From contig NW_020844270.1 in the NCBI RefSeq assembly GCF_003704095.1, positions 124,001 to 188,000 on the forward strand: 64,000 nucleotides of DNA, given 5' to 3'. Below the pieces are notes generated by a model. That model was given only the letters and a program-made list of their open reading frames with translations, searched no databases and was not told the DNA's origin. The position numbers and the translations under genes are program-made. This DNA comes from Pocillopora damicornis (Eukaryota). Below are positions 27,552 through 42,500 of this stretch, one piece after another. How positions within the stretch are numbered: the stretch's first letter is position 1; the number at the start of each line of letters is the position of its first letter.

Positions 27552-30500
27552 ATGTTAAGTCTTCTGCTATTTTCCTTAGTGTCCTTTACGCCGGGAGAAA
27601 TCGAAGGTACGTACCGCAAATTAAATGATGGAAATAATCACTGCATGTATGTGGTCCAGCTTTACGTGCTGAATGTTAAGATATCGCAAACTTCTTCCTT
27701 CAAGAAATCCTTTTATTAGTCTTATCTCATTTCAATACTGGCAAACCGTACATCTATTCAGTACTTAAGATTTTTCTATGGAATATCCAGATTAATTGGC
27801 GTATTTTACATCTGTATATTTTGTATACACTTGAGAAAGATCAAGCGCATACCAAATGCAAGATGAGCTATTTATTGCGCAGTCTTTTATGGCTATTGTA
27901 TTCACTGCAGCACATAAACTTGAAAGGAATACAAGCGTAGATGTTCAATGTACAAGCAATGTTTTAATACAAATGTGATTCATTTCCTGCTGCCAGCATT
28001 GCCAGCGGCTTGAAAATCATTAACGTGTCGTAGACAGTTCCATGGCGATACGAAATAATTTTGTCATCACTGCGGCGGCAGAGCGGAAGCCTAAGAAGTT
28101 AATATCGATGGCCATGAACTCTTAAATAGTTGGGAGATCACATTTAAAAGCACTTTTAACCGAAAGGCAAGCCGCAAGAATTATTTCTTTTGGTTTTACC
28201 TTTCAGTTTCCTGTCAGTAATGTGAAAATATTTGCATTTTATGTTTATTATTTTATCTGTTCAAATGGACAAAAAGTGAGCAAAAACAGATTTTGAAGTG
28301 ACTTCTGCTGTTCGTGTTTGCGTCAAACTTGATCCTAAACCTTTTAAAATAGCTTCCTAAAATTAGATCTGATCTGTTTTATTTTAGCTTGAGATTTTGG
28401 AGCAATTGAAAAGCTAATAATTCAATTTTTACACGGACCGCAGAACACTGTTAAGTGTCATGACGTAAAAGAATGTTAAAGTCAAACAAAGACTGACGTA
28501 TGAGCGGCAGTCTCACTGCCGTCCTGCTAATCGTGTCAGCAAAGATGAATGCTTCATATGTCTGACCTCATGTTTATGGTGTGCATTATGTTTTTCATGC
28601 AATTTGTCGCTTCTTTTGCAAGGTTGGATTCGTTCGAGGATGACTAACTAACAGCTTTTTGATGAGGTGACAAAACCAAAATTGAAAAGATTGATTAAGG
28701 ACAGGGGAAGGTTGAAACAGATTGTGAACTATCCTCCTTAAAAATAAAGCTCATAAATTGTTTGAAGACATGTTGCTTTATTCACTCCTATTTCAACTTT
28801 CAAAAAAATTGTCACACTACTGGCGCTGTCTTTGCGTTGCTTTGAGTGTAATGGAAGTCGGTTTCACTTTATGCGGGTAGTATCGTTCTGACTGGGTATA
28901 AAAGTAATTAAAAAATAGGATGAAAACATCTTTCACTTCATGCAGGAAGCATCACATTGACTGCGCATAAAAATAATATAAATATAGGATGAAAATATCT
29001 TTCTATTTACGTTTTCAGGAAACTGCACTATATAAAACCAAGAAATTGACAGAACCCATCGATCGTTGATCGAATTCAATCTCAACAATTCCATTCTTTT
29101 CCGTTTCGAGTTTGCAGGTCGCACCAAAAGGTTTCGTTAATTTCACCCCTTGCTTTAGATTTTAGAACAACCCTCATTTAGCTTGTGCTCATGATAATTC
29201 TGCTTTTAGGTACTTGAAATCAGATGGAGGAGTTGAAAACAAGGAGAAACTCACTTTTGATGAAATGATTATTTTTCTAAATTCCAGCTAGGTCAATTGC
29301 CCTTGAACAATATTATCATTTATTTCTTTTCGGAAGGAAATCTTTCTTTAACTCTCCCTACAGTAGTTCTATATTGAAGTTATTTAAGTCACTGAAACTG
29401 GCAAAATAGTATCTGATTAAACATGTACAAAAGGTTCTCTGAAACTGCCTGAAAGTCAAGAGATAATATTTTTCTTTTGGGTGAATGACGCTGAGATTGC
29501 TTTTCTATTTATTTTCAGGTGTTTACTTTCAAGTACAATATTATCAATCCACATTAAATGAAACTAGCCCTCAAGGTAATAATATTCTTCCTATGACACT
29601 TTGTTCATGGAGTGCCCTAAAAGTCAAAACCAAAGTAATTACAACAACCAATCAGAATAAAGGTATGGATATCACAAGGAACCAATAAAGAGCCATTGTA
29701 TAAAGATTATTGCATGATTGTTTATACACTGGCTTCTTATTGGCTCCTTGTGACATCTACCTAACTTTGCGTTTGGTTGTACTTTTATTTGTTATTGATG
29801 ATGAGTATAGTGCGTAGCATGCGCACGTTATAAAAACAAACTCGGGCAATCACGGATTTATTGGCGACTTTTAAAGAATGTCCGACCAAACTACGGTATT
29901 TTACCTATATGGTCTACTCCATTATGTAATGTTTTCAAATGTGTAGTACAGGTTTGTTAGTATTGCGTTTTTTTTGCGATCGGGTGGTTCAGTAAGACAG
30001 CTGCGCTTCTGATGAAAAGGGACTTAGGAGTGGTGGTTATTGGACACTGTGCCAGTAATATGATTGCCTTATTTTTCTCCTGTCTTAATGGCGATTGCAG
30101 CGATAATTTTGAAAACTGTGTCTGATGAACTCGCTATGTCCTTAGCGGCCGTGCTTACGTAGAGAAATACACCATGATGACCCAACGGGAGCTAGACTGG
30201 ACAAGCGTACTCTGTGTCATAGTGTAGTGTGTCTCTTAGCCATCGAATCGACCCGGGGTCTATGATAACATTTAGCAATAAACTTATCAGACTATTTTGT
30301 GATTTCGACTAATGTTGTTTGTAGGCACTTTCGTCACAAGAGTGCAAGCTATTGCTTTGGTGCAGAATGGCGATCCAATCATTTATTCCCTAAGAGATGA
30401 CAAAGGGTGGTTTCAAATAGACAACTCGAGCGGTGTAATTACTACTGCAAGGACTCTAGACAGAGAGGTAGGTGTAGTACACAAGGTCCCTTGGCGGTTT

Positions 30501-33500
30501 TAGGACCTGTTTGGGATATCAGAAGGCCTAGGTTTGGTAAATGATGATAAAATTGATGACGGTTCTCACAGCCTGGAGCCTTCTGAGACTGCAAGGACTT
30601 ATCACAGCATCGTTTAATGCTGCGTAGAATCCATTTACTTCGTACCGTGTTGCATCATGGTTGTACCACCGAGCATGAATTGCGGGCGTTAGCGACTACA
30701 TCATTCTATTTCATCGACAGCAGTGAGAGTTTGATAAACTCCAGCTGAAGACTTAAAACATGTTAATTACCATGGCTAATAGTTAAGTTAGGAGAGTATA
30801 CCACGTTATGACTCTTTAGTATCGCAAGCCTCACAACGTTTTTTCCTTTTTTCGTTTTCATCTTTCCATTTCATTACAGAAATTTATTATCCCCAAGAGA
30901 TTATAAACTACAGTTTGAAATCTATTGTTATATCATATTGGTAATTATTTCATGACTTTTTTCTCTCCGCTGTGTACAGGTACGTTAATTATCTATTTCG
31001 TCTCCTTATGTGTTTTATATTATTGTTGATGTTTCCATAGGGAACGGGAAGTGCTCTGAATTTAAAAGCTGTGGCTCAAAAAACAGGAGAACAAGAGGTA
31101 AGAGATAATTAAATGAATACGAAACCATGAGTGATTCAGATTTAGACTATGGAAAAAGACATAGAAAAGATTTTGGGGAAAGTTGTAGAAATTTCAAGAA
31201 GAGAGAATAATTTTGAATATATTTTCCCACATGGAGTCCCGACTTTGTATTAGCTTTTTGTCCTCTACAAGTCATCCACATAAGATTTGCATCCAAATGA
31301 TACAACTAAAAACAGCGAAATCGAAATATTTAATTACACATATGCCTAAAGTTAAATGGCACAGCAGCCCGCAAGTAATGAAACGGACATTTAAAGCGAC
31401 ATCATGGATTAAATATATTTTATAAAGGTAATTTTAACTCTAATAGCCTGGCCAAGCATCTGTCCCGTATTCAAAGGTTTTTCTGCAATTGAAAATTTGT
31501 CGGTAGCTGAAGTGTTATAAGTCCCTGAGAATACACCACCAGTTTGGGTTGGGAAGTGTACTAAGAGTTAATGAAGAGAAAGCAAATTTAACCTTCTGAA
31601 AAAAACTTATCTTAAACAATCTATTACACAGCTGATGTGCAGACAACACAGTTATTGTGTTCTTTTGATCCTTATGACAGGCTGAAGTTCATATTTTGTG
31701 CACAGTTCTGGACATTAATGATAACTATCCTCAGTTTGAAAACCTGCCCTATCGGCTCAACATACCTGAGGTACGAGCAAGATGACTGTTGAAGATGTTT
31801 TGCCAATAAAAGAAATGATAATTTTTGACGACAATAAGCATAATAATGACCACAATGACGAATATGACAACGCCACCATCAAAGAAAAAAAAACGTTACA
31901 ATAACGATAACGATGATTATGACAAAGCTGACGATGAAGATGAAGATGAGGATGACGATAATATCAACAAAACCTACCATAAACCAAATGTCAGTCACAC
32001 ACTTAGGTAGTATCCACCTGCTCAAATTTCTCTTTACGTCCATAGGGTGTCTTAGCGGTTATTGAGGGGAGATGTGATATTCTTTCTTTTGTTTACACAA
32101 TTTTTTTTTACTCAGGACACGAAAGTTGGGGAGGAGATTTTGCGTCTCTCAGCTTCTGATAAAGACAGCTCAGATCATCATAACAATGCCGTTTTCTTCA
32201 GGATTGTGGATGGAAACACGGTTAACATTAGTAGCATGTCTTGTTCATATCTATTCCAGTGACCATTTTGGAGGAGGATCTCGTATAATTTTTCCCTGTT
32301 TTGTTTTAATATGGGTTGGTCCTCACATAGTTAAGTGTTAAGACGTTTTAGCTATATACGTCTCCAGTAAAAGGAAAATCTTCCCCAAAGTTCTAAGGAA
32401 AAAGAAGTTAAGATTATTACAACATTTTGATCAGGAAAATATATTTCAAAAGTATAATTGCTCTCGGCAAAAGAAGGGCTTTGAAAATGATTTAAAAAAT
32501 AATTTGTGTATCATTTTATCCCTGATTTTGGTTTCAGGATGCAATTTTTAGAATTGATGGTGGCACGGGAAGGATAACCTTAGACAAACCTCTTGATTTC
32601 GAAGGGTCCACACGGCAATATGATTTAAACGTGACGGCAACGGTAAGAAAAACCTGCTTTGTTTAACAATCAAGAACTTTTTTGGTTGGTGATCATTTTC
32701 TTTCTTCTCGTGACCTAAAAATGAGATTCAAGGGTGATATTATAAGGAGACTTAAGATGCAGGTCTCTCTTAGGGGTAAAAGGGTTAATAATATTTGATA
32801 TGACTATTCAAGTACTCTATCACAAATCTTCCGTGTGATTGGCTAGGCTACTCACCATCTATTCCATTATAGGTAGCTGATAGTAGATTGATAATATTTG
32901 ATATGATTATTCAAGTACACTATCACAAAGTCTTCCATGTGATTAGCTACGCTGCTCAACATCTATTCTATAATAGATAGCTGAAAATAGAATATTTGAT
33001 ATGATTCTTCAAATACTCTATCACAGTCTTCTATGTGATCAGCCATGCTGCTCACCATCTATTCCATGATAAGTGGCTGACGGTAGATTGATCATATTAG
33101 ATTTTATTTTATTATTCAAGTACTCTATCACAAAGTCTTCCATGTAATCAGCTACACTGCTCACCATCTATTCCATGATAGATAGCTGATAGTAGGTTGA
33201 TAATATCTGATACGATTATTCAAGTACTCTATTAAAAACCTTCCATGTGATTAGCTAGGCTGCTCACCATAGATAGATATCTTCAGATAGCTGAAAGTAG
33301 ATTGATTATATTTTATATTTTATTTTATTATTCAAGTACTCTATCACAAAGTCTTCCATGTGATCAGCTACGCTGCTCACCATCTATTCCATGATAGATG
33401 GCAGAAAGTAGATTGATTATATTTTATATTTTATTTTATTATTCAAGTACTCTATCACAAAGTCTTCCATGTGATCAGCTACGCTGTTCACCATCTATTC

Positions 33501-36500
33501 TATGATAGATGGCTGATAGTATATTGAGTAATCGCTCTGACGAAGGGCTAACGCTCGAAACGTCAGCTTTTTTACCCTTTACGGTGGCTAATTTACGTTT
33601 TCAACCCAGTTGTTAACACTAAATTACCTAGTATATTGAGTAGTCTAACAGTCTGCTGTGGAAACATAAATACTTGGAAAATAAGGATATAAATAGGTCC
33701 TTTTTTCTTCTTCGAACGGCTTGTAAATTTATTTGAAAACAGTTCAATTATTTTAACACTAATTCAAGGTCTGATAAATGATTCGGGCCTCTTCCTTGCC
33801 AACCTTTGCGCGATAGAAACCTCCAGTTTTAATCTAATTGTTAATCATCATTGTGCCTCGCTACAATGGACACCTGCATTGCTTCATGAAAATATTGAAA
33901 CGGTGACATTGCGTTACCTAAAAAGCTGTTTGACATATTTTAGGATCAATATGGTGCACTTACGGGCAATCAAAACTGGACGGTGGTTAACATAGGAGTG
34001 ACCGATGCAGACGACCTTCCTGCGGCGTTTTCCCATTATTTATATAAAGTACTGATTGACGTCGATACACCACAGGTGAGAATTATAAAGAGGCCTGCTC
34101 TTTACTACAAGGGTGTGGTCAGGGGGGCTCTAAGGATATAAATGAACCGCCGTTTTGGTTACAAAATTCGATACTTTGTAATTATGATAAACCAACCTAA
34201 CATGCACCCAGCACCCAAACGTCAGGAATACTCTAGTGGAGTCCTCCCCTTTCCCCACGTACAAGCTTCGCTTTTTATGAAAGTATACCACAACCCTCCA
34301 AAGTCGCGATTGGTTTTGGTGTTCTATCGAGCTATCCGACTGCGAATTTTCTAACCTCCCCCATAATACTAGCGACCCACAATAAACTATGACTTGATAA
34401 ACCTTCTAAAATTTTATATCGCGTTGTAGTTTGTCCCCTAGAGTGTTACTTTTTGGCCGTAATAATATTTACTTTTCTACATGGGGCAAAAGGAGGTACA
34501 AACTAAAAATTTTTCATGGCGCTTCTCAGAGTTAAACTTATCACAACAGTTAGTCTTACGGAAGTAAAGTCAACTAAACCTAAACAAAAGAAGTGAATAA
34601 TCTTTCTAGAGGTATTGTATCTGACTAAGTGCATGACGCGCAATTCAAACCCGTGCAACCTTAAATAGTTAATTAGTCTCACCGTTATTTTTCTTTTGTT
34701 CAAACGCAGGGAAGTGAAATAATCAGAGTACACGCTGAAGACCAGGATTCTTTAAAGGCTTCAGTGTCATACGTCATATACCCAGGTTAGTGTCTCAGTT
34801 ATTACAGATAAAACTGGCTAAAAGTTGACGGTTCGAGCGTTAGCCCATCGCCTTTCGCTCTGACGAAGGGTTAACGCTCGAAACGTCAGCCGTGAAACTC
34901 TTTGCGCTGGCCAATTTACATTATCAACTCAGTTGATAAAACCAGAATATCTTGTAACACCCCCCCCACCGACGCGGCACCACAGTTTCTTCAGAAACTT
35001 AGCCCATTCTCTCAGCTATAGTCTACCGATCTGTCAGGGAAATGGCGGGTGAGGGGGAAGGGTGGGGAGGGGGGGGGGCATGTGATCGATATGATTAGAA
35101 TCCCATACAAGTAGGAGCAGTAGCTAGATTGTTTCCAATAATTTTTTCCATCACAATCAGTCACGAGCTCTTGCACCAAGCGTCGACAGAAGTCTCTGAG
35201 AGTTACCAATGATTAAAGGAGCTTTGTGCGATGCCTTATATGAAAAGTGCAGCCTTAAGGGTAGACCATTTCTTGATACGCCATCCGCTTAATGTTATGG
35301 AAATTGAGATAGCCTATAGTTTTTGAGCAGTTTTGCCGTCTTGTTACGAGTGTAAGACTTTTTCCTGGACAACATAGTTTCCTTTTAAACCCTTAGTAGT
35401 TCTTATTGCGTTTGACAGACGTCCCCTTGTAAACGAGCAGGTCGCCCGCCTTTAGCTGAAAAGGTCTTTTATAGACAAACATATCTTTGAGTTTCATTGT
35501 TTCATATTGCAGCCAGTGACCCGGAGGAATCATTTAAAATCAATAACGCCACAGGAATAATAACAGTAAACCGAAATCTTACTCGAAAGTCGTATCCTAT
35601 TATAGTTACGGTAAGTTCCTTCAACTTTAATCCATATAATCACTGTGCGATACTGGCCGTATCACAACCCAAAACGTTGCGCAGAAATAGAAAAGAGAGG
35701 ACGCCTGAAGACAAGACTAGGGCACGTAAACATTCTCGGCAGCTGTAGAGTAAAGGCCCAATTGGTTTCAGGAGATTAAATGCTACATCGATTGTTTTTT
35801 TTATTATTCATTTTTTTTTTCAGGCGAAATCAACTAACCAGCCTGTTGCGTTTGCACTGGTTATGATAAATGTCGGTTCAATGCCCAATCGAACATTTGT
35901 GGCATCAGTGATAGAAAATGAAGCAAACATTACGGTGTTTGACTTGATGGTATGTGGATATCTGAATTAAGAAAAGCACTCTTGTGAATAAAAGGTTGCA
36001 TTTCACCTGATAATAATATCGTGTTTAGCAACAATTATCATTATTATGATGGTCACTATAATAATTGCTATCAAGCCATGATTGTTCTATCTAGAGGCAT
36101 TTCTCTCCTTAAGGAACAGTACTGAGTATATTAGCAAGCATACTACGTTACACTGTCAAAAATTAGTGATAGGCATGACATTATCTGTTATTTTTCCTTA
36201 ATTTCCCCTCCATTCACTCGTAGAACTTGGAGAAATATTTCAATATATCATCTCCCGAATTCCTAATCCACCGAGGCAACGAAGATGGCATTTTTTTTGT
36301 TAATGAAACTTCGAAGGAACTGCGAGTTGGCACTCGAGTCCTGGATAGAGAACAACGTGAGAAGTACACTTTGATCGTGGAGCTTCTGAAAGATGGAAGA
36401 AACAAAGGCTTCGCAATGGTTAGACCGCATATTATCATTGTTGTGTTCAATATCTGTTTTCAACCCTTTACTTTCCGGAATGAACAACTCGTAATTTCTT

Positions 36501-39500
36501 CTAACAACATTGATAAATTGAGAAGACAGGTGATGAACATGAAGAAAGACACCAACTGAGGGTTGGATGTTCTTTTATTTGACAATTTTTTCGTACTGAA
36601 CAATTTTTGAAAAGTGGCGCGGGAAGTAAGGAGAAACATTATTATGATCTAGTGCCCAATAGAAGGATTTCCACTTATTTCAGCGCCAATTCAGCTTCAG
36701 CATCGCTGCATTTCTCAAAAATTTCGAAATTTTTCAATTATCAAGAGGCTAATTCTCTGGAACAAATTAAAATTAGTTTGAAATCGAATACTGGGGTAAC
36801 GCAACAGATCAAGTTGACTGGTAGGTTTAATGCACAACATCGCCTTACGTATATTCATATATCTTGGGCCCAAATCGCAGGTTCTCCATATCTTCCTCGC
36901 TTATCGTCCCTTAATTCTGCATTATTTTCACTACTTAGATAAACATAAACGTGGTTGATGTAAACGACAACACTCCTAAGTTTGAAAACCCAACATTGGT
37001 AAGTGTACCAGAAACCACACCCGAGGGAACTGTTGTCCTCACAGTAACAGCCGTAGACAGAGACGCAGGGCTTAATGGTTCTGTGGTGTACAACATCATA
37101 GCAGGAAATGAACAAGGTACTTATGGCTAGACAAATAAATTTAGACTTTGTTGAATAAAAAATATGAATTCCAAAGTCAGAAAATAACTTTCAATCGCAA
37201 GTTTCGCGCACCGTCTGTTTCTCATCTTCTTTACCATGGTCCCTCGTGTTTGAAACACATTTTTAAAACAGAGTAATGATTTCTTAAATGTCTAGTCGCT
37301 GTCTCAGCTGATCTCGCCCTCAGAGTTTGCATTGTGCCCGGTCTAAAAATTTTTGTTCAAGCAAAGGCCACCGTGCTTGTCTTGTTATATTACTCATTTT
37401 AGCAACCTGGATTGTACATGCGTGCCCCTGGTGCATGCTAGTGCACGACGTCTCTTAATTTGACTTCACTGACACGAGAATCTCTTTCTTGATTACTAGT
37501 TATGTAAGTTATGTCTTCTTTCACAGCCTATGCTTTTCCTTTCGTTCTTTTCCTAGCTTTCTTTGCTTTGAACAATAAATCTGGAGAATTGTCTTTGGTA
37601 AAACCACTCGATTTTGAAGCCGCCGTTCAGTACGTACTGAACGTGTCAGCTTCTGATATGGGAGAGCCTCGGCGCCGTGCGTTCAGTAACGTCACTATAA
37701 ACGTGACTGATGTCAATGATAACTCTCCGGTTCTTCAAACACGGATCATTCAAGCTTCTGTTGTAGAGGTAAGTAAATTCGAAGCACACTTGACTTTGCC
37801 ATGACTACAAGATTATGAATCTGCCTTTTTCGGTAGAAAGGCACGTAATGGAGAATTCATCCTTATAAAGAAGATCATCGCTTTTAAGATCCCAGCGTTT
37901 AATGTTTTTCTCTGCATGAAAGATGCAGCCACTGTATTTTGAAAGACTGAATCCATCAGTACGGTCTCTCCAGTTATCTTCATACAAGCTCAGTATCATT
38001 CAGTAGTCGCCTTATTCTGTTGCAGGGTGCTTCCTCTGGTTCATTTGTTGCTCAGTGTAATGCATCCGACGCCGACACTGCAGCAAATGCGCGGATTACT
38101 TATCAGCTTGTAGAAGGCGCGGTCAACAGGTTCTCGATTGATAACATTACAGGTGTCATAACCACATCCGGGTCGTTTGACAGGGAGACTGATCCCGAGC
38201 TGTACACGGTAAGGCTTTTATTAAGACTCAATAATTTGATACTTTATCTTCGTGTGAAAAAGAAACATCAGGTAAGCTAACTGGGTTTGTCTCCTTCAAG
38301 GAAAAAACTTGTGTGTCGAAGTTTGTTTCGTGTAGATTTTTCTATAGGTATAATCACACTGTCAGGTTTCGCACCATGCGATCAAACGCCCCCCCCCTCC
38401 TCCCAGTGATACATGATCTCAATGATTTTAGGAAACAAACTGAGCTGACATTCCTGCTCCGTAAAAGTGCAGAATGGCAAAATAATGCGATTCAGATCAG
38501 TTCTTACACGAGTTTGCAAAAGTTCCCTAATTTAATTTAATTCATAGAAAATTATCTTTTGGGGTAAGTAAATCTTAAGATAACAGTTTGCCAGTGTTGA
38601 AAAACCTAAAGAGGTAACAACATATCATAGGAAATCAGAGAGGATCGTAACGTAATAACTTAAAAAAAAATAAAACGAAAATATGTCCATGTCAACAAAC
38701 CGTCGCATATTTTCTTTACCTTTCTTTATTTCGAAGGAGTCCTTGCACTCTAAGTCGAAGTTTCTTGCATCATTATTGCTTCAATAACCCAACCTTTAAT
38801 CAACTGAACATTTGCTTATAAGTAATAAGTAATCTACTGCCCTTAGCTCGTGGTGAACGCCCAAGACAATGGACAGCATCCCCGTTCTGATGTTGGTTTT
38901 GTTGTTGTTCATATCACCAATGTAAACGAACATTCTCCAGTCTTCGCGCCGGCATTATACGTAGGAGGTAAGATACTAGAGGAAGTGTCGTGAAAAGGCT
39001 AAGTTAGGGATAGGAAACGAGATTATAACCAAATTTTAACTAAACTGTAAAAACACTATAATGATAAAATGTGAAATGCCTAAAAACTTTTAAATAAGGG
39101 TAGATTTTGCGATAGTTACGAAGACGGCTACCTCAGTTAGCGGTCAAGAGGGCATGTGTAGTTTGGGACAGAGGTAGTGTAAAAACCACCATATACACAG
39201 CGTAAAGTCTGTTTGCAAGCTTAGTTACCCAGAGAGCTCATCCCAGTTTCTGTAACATAAAGCGACCAGGAGACTAATTACTTCCCTGTATCAGATACAA
39301 GTCCTCCGGGGTTTTCCCCTCAGCATATGTAAGTTACCTTGGTAATCCCATTCGTTTTTACTCCTAGTGGAGCAAGAGTGGAGTGTTTTTTAAGAATACA
39401 ACACAATGACAACAAATGGGACTTGAACTCGAGCTCGGGTCAATAAACACCCTGTTTCCAGCCTACATTTGCTCTCATTTCTTTTTTAATACAAACACCT

Positions 39501-42500
39501 TGTTCACTTTGTCCTAGAGCTTCGCGCTCTCCCGAAGTGCTTTTACATTTCCATAACCCTGCCTAGCTGGGGGAGGTTGGTCTAGGTCCCAGGCCCCAAC
39601 AGGTCCAGTAAATAACCTTTTCACCACACTCTCTTAACTGTAAAGAGTTGTAAAGATAAGAAAAGGACAAAAAATTGTTGTTTTCTCCTTGAAAAGGTAT
39701 CCGTAGCTTATTTATTTTTTCAATTTTTCATCGTCCTTTACAAGGTGTGTACAAAGATACGACTTACTATTCGCTAGTGACGACTGTTAAGGTACGTGTT
39801 ATTGGATAAAGTCCTTTGCCTTTCTAAATTGCTCTGTAAAGATGTTCCCAGTGTTTTACTATAAACCAGGAAATAACTCCATTTGATAACTTGATAACCA
39901 GGTAACAATCCCCAGAGATGTTCTTATCTGTTTGTCTGTTTGTTTTTTTTTTTTTAAGTACTTAATCCTGTTTAGTTGGGAAAGAAGAATCTCTAAAGTT
40001 TTTGGATCATTTTGCAAATTTCTTAGGACTTAACGACCCAAAGAAATAAAATTTTGAAAACCCACTCTCGACCTGACTTCTGTTCTCTCGAAGCGAAATT
40101 TTTACCAAACCTATAGGGGTTGAAAATCGTGTCGATGGTAGGGTATATAGACAGAGGGAAACAAGAAACTGAAAGGGAACAGGGATGGTCGTGGATAGAG
40201 AAGATTAGTAGACATTGACTAATTATATTTTTAGTTTTAAAATACAGTTTATGAACGAGTAATACCCTAATTTGGCAGAGAGAAATTTATCAAAACTTAA
40301 AGAAGAAATGTAGTTAAGCAGAAATCAGTATGAAGCTGGGTTGTCAGCGCTTTGTTTTTGACATATTCTGTGTTCAGGCGAGCGATGCTGATTCAGATTC
40401 GCAATTCGCCATTACCTTCGAACTTGTCAATGGCAATGGGCTGGGGTTGTTTCATGTAGAGCCTGACACAGGTCACGTGAGAGTCGCAACCTCATTGGCT
40501 GGTAAAGATGGTTCAAAGTTCACTCTAGAAGTAAGTGCCTCGGACGGCCAGAAAAAGGCGGCCACCAACGCTATTGTAAACGTAAGTATGAAAAAAATGC
40601 CGTAAAGTCTTTTCGAGTTTGCGAAATATATAATTAGACGTTCTGAATGCTGGTGTCTTCGTTTCTTCACCACAGTTTTTTTGTCTGAGTGCCGTAATCA
40701 AAATGGCCCATCAGAAAGTAGTAAATATCAAAGGAAACCAACAAAATCATTTCTTGAGGCGCAGATTAGGATTCGACTCTGTTTGGAAAAAGGGGGGGAT
40801 CAGGTGACGCTTATTTTCTGAACCAGTTACAGAGTGAAGTACATGTAGAGTACGAACATCATTCCTGATTGCTCAAGATAAGTGAATTAGCATGCCCTTC
40901 CGTAAGAGATTGAAGAATTCTTAAATCTAGCTGATTGACAGTAATGTCAAGCAGTAGTTAACAGTTTCACTAGGAAATGTTTGAGATATGTTTCCTGTAG
41001 TATCTTAGTAGGTTGGTCAACTGTGTTATTAGAGGAAATTTGGACATAGTAGAGCGTCTCAAGACTTTCTTGCATATTTCTCTAGGTTTTTGTTCTCCGT
41101 GATGAAGATTCCATTGCTATAAAGGCAGGTGTGGTCCCGGAAGAGATCACGAAAAGCAGAGCGGAATTTCTTGAGTATGCGTAGTGATTTAGATCTTCAA
41201 TAATTTCACAAACATAGCCGAACTAGTTAAGAATATATTTCTTGATAAACACTGATAAAAAAATTTCATCAAAAGTATTGTAGGGTAGGTGTCGTAAAAG
41301 TGGCGACAGAGAAGAGAAGCAAGAAGGTAACTGTGACAACCGCGTCACAGCCCTTTATAAGGCACCTACCAAAATTCAACACGGACAAACCGGTTTGTGG
41401 AATGAACACCAAAAGAGTGGGAGGATGGGAAGGAAATAGAGCAAGCAAAGCAGCAAAATTGAACTTTAACTTAGCTTTTAAAAAAATGTAATCCCACAAT
41501 TTATTAATTTTTTTAGAAAGGTTTTACCTACGTGCATAATTTTCATTGGAAAATAGAAAAGATTAGCATTACTGAAGAAGAGATCTGATATGTACCACCG
41601 ATATAGTCGAGTTTTTATTGTTTCACACAATCAATATGGTCAACGTGACCTTACGTGAAAACGAAACATATGTTATCAGACTGCAAATAGGCCAACAGTT
41701 GTATTTGATTGTTTCGGGCCAACACATATATAACAGTAATACTATTACTATTCTTGGACAGAATGCTTAAATCCATAACGGGGGGAGATGCCCTTATAAA
41801 GTATCTTCAGCAAGAAGATGGTGAAAACGCGTAAGTATCACCTGATCACTAATCCGCTTGGTTATATTTACTGTTCACCCATGTCTATGGATTCCCATTT
41901 TTCTCAAAACAAACCGGCAAGACATCCTTAAAGGAATAGAGAAATCTTATTGATAACTTTGAAAACGAAATTGGTTCACCTCTGAACTGATAGCCCGCGT
42001 CTTTCGTTGACAAGGAAGTTAATAAACTGTTGTGTTACCAGTTATTTGATTGACTCAAAAATTGTCCTTAGCTCTTATAATGCTCGATTTGCGAGCTTTG
42101 TTGTTATCCGTTTTTGACACTACTGAAAAGCCCATTACGGTCTCCAAATGCAAGAATCATTTTTTAGAACTTAACTAACAGTCACAAATGTCCGTAGAAG
42201 CTAATAATCAGTGTGTATTTTAACGCTACAGGACTCTTGTGACTTTCAACGTGGTGAGAGGTGACGAGGTAATGTCGGGATTTGATATTACAAGGTTAGT
42301 GCTATAAATTGGTTAAATTTTCAAATAAGTAACCTTCAGGTGCAAGTCACTTATCGAGTCTAAGGGCGTTACTTCCCTGAAAGGCGGGAAAACCGGTACG
42401 ATTTTTTCACTCGTGAGGAAAACCGTATCAGGCTTCTGATTAGTCATACGACATCTTTTACTGGTGAGAAAAAATTGTATAACCAGTGGGATTACTTCTC

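Noticed and set aside
31825-32010. Asp-rich ORF resembling coral acid-rich skeletal proteins
   Set aside because: It lies in a cadherin intron, has no ATG start, signal peptide or clear splice sites, and is explained by a degenerate trinucleotide repeat.
32788-33530. CRISPR-like array
   Set aside because: Whole units are homologous, with no unique spacers and no cas genes. This is a eukaryotic intronic tandem repeat.
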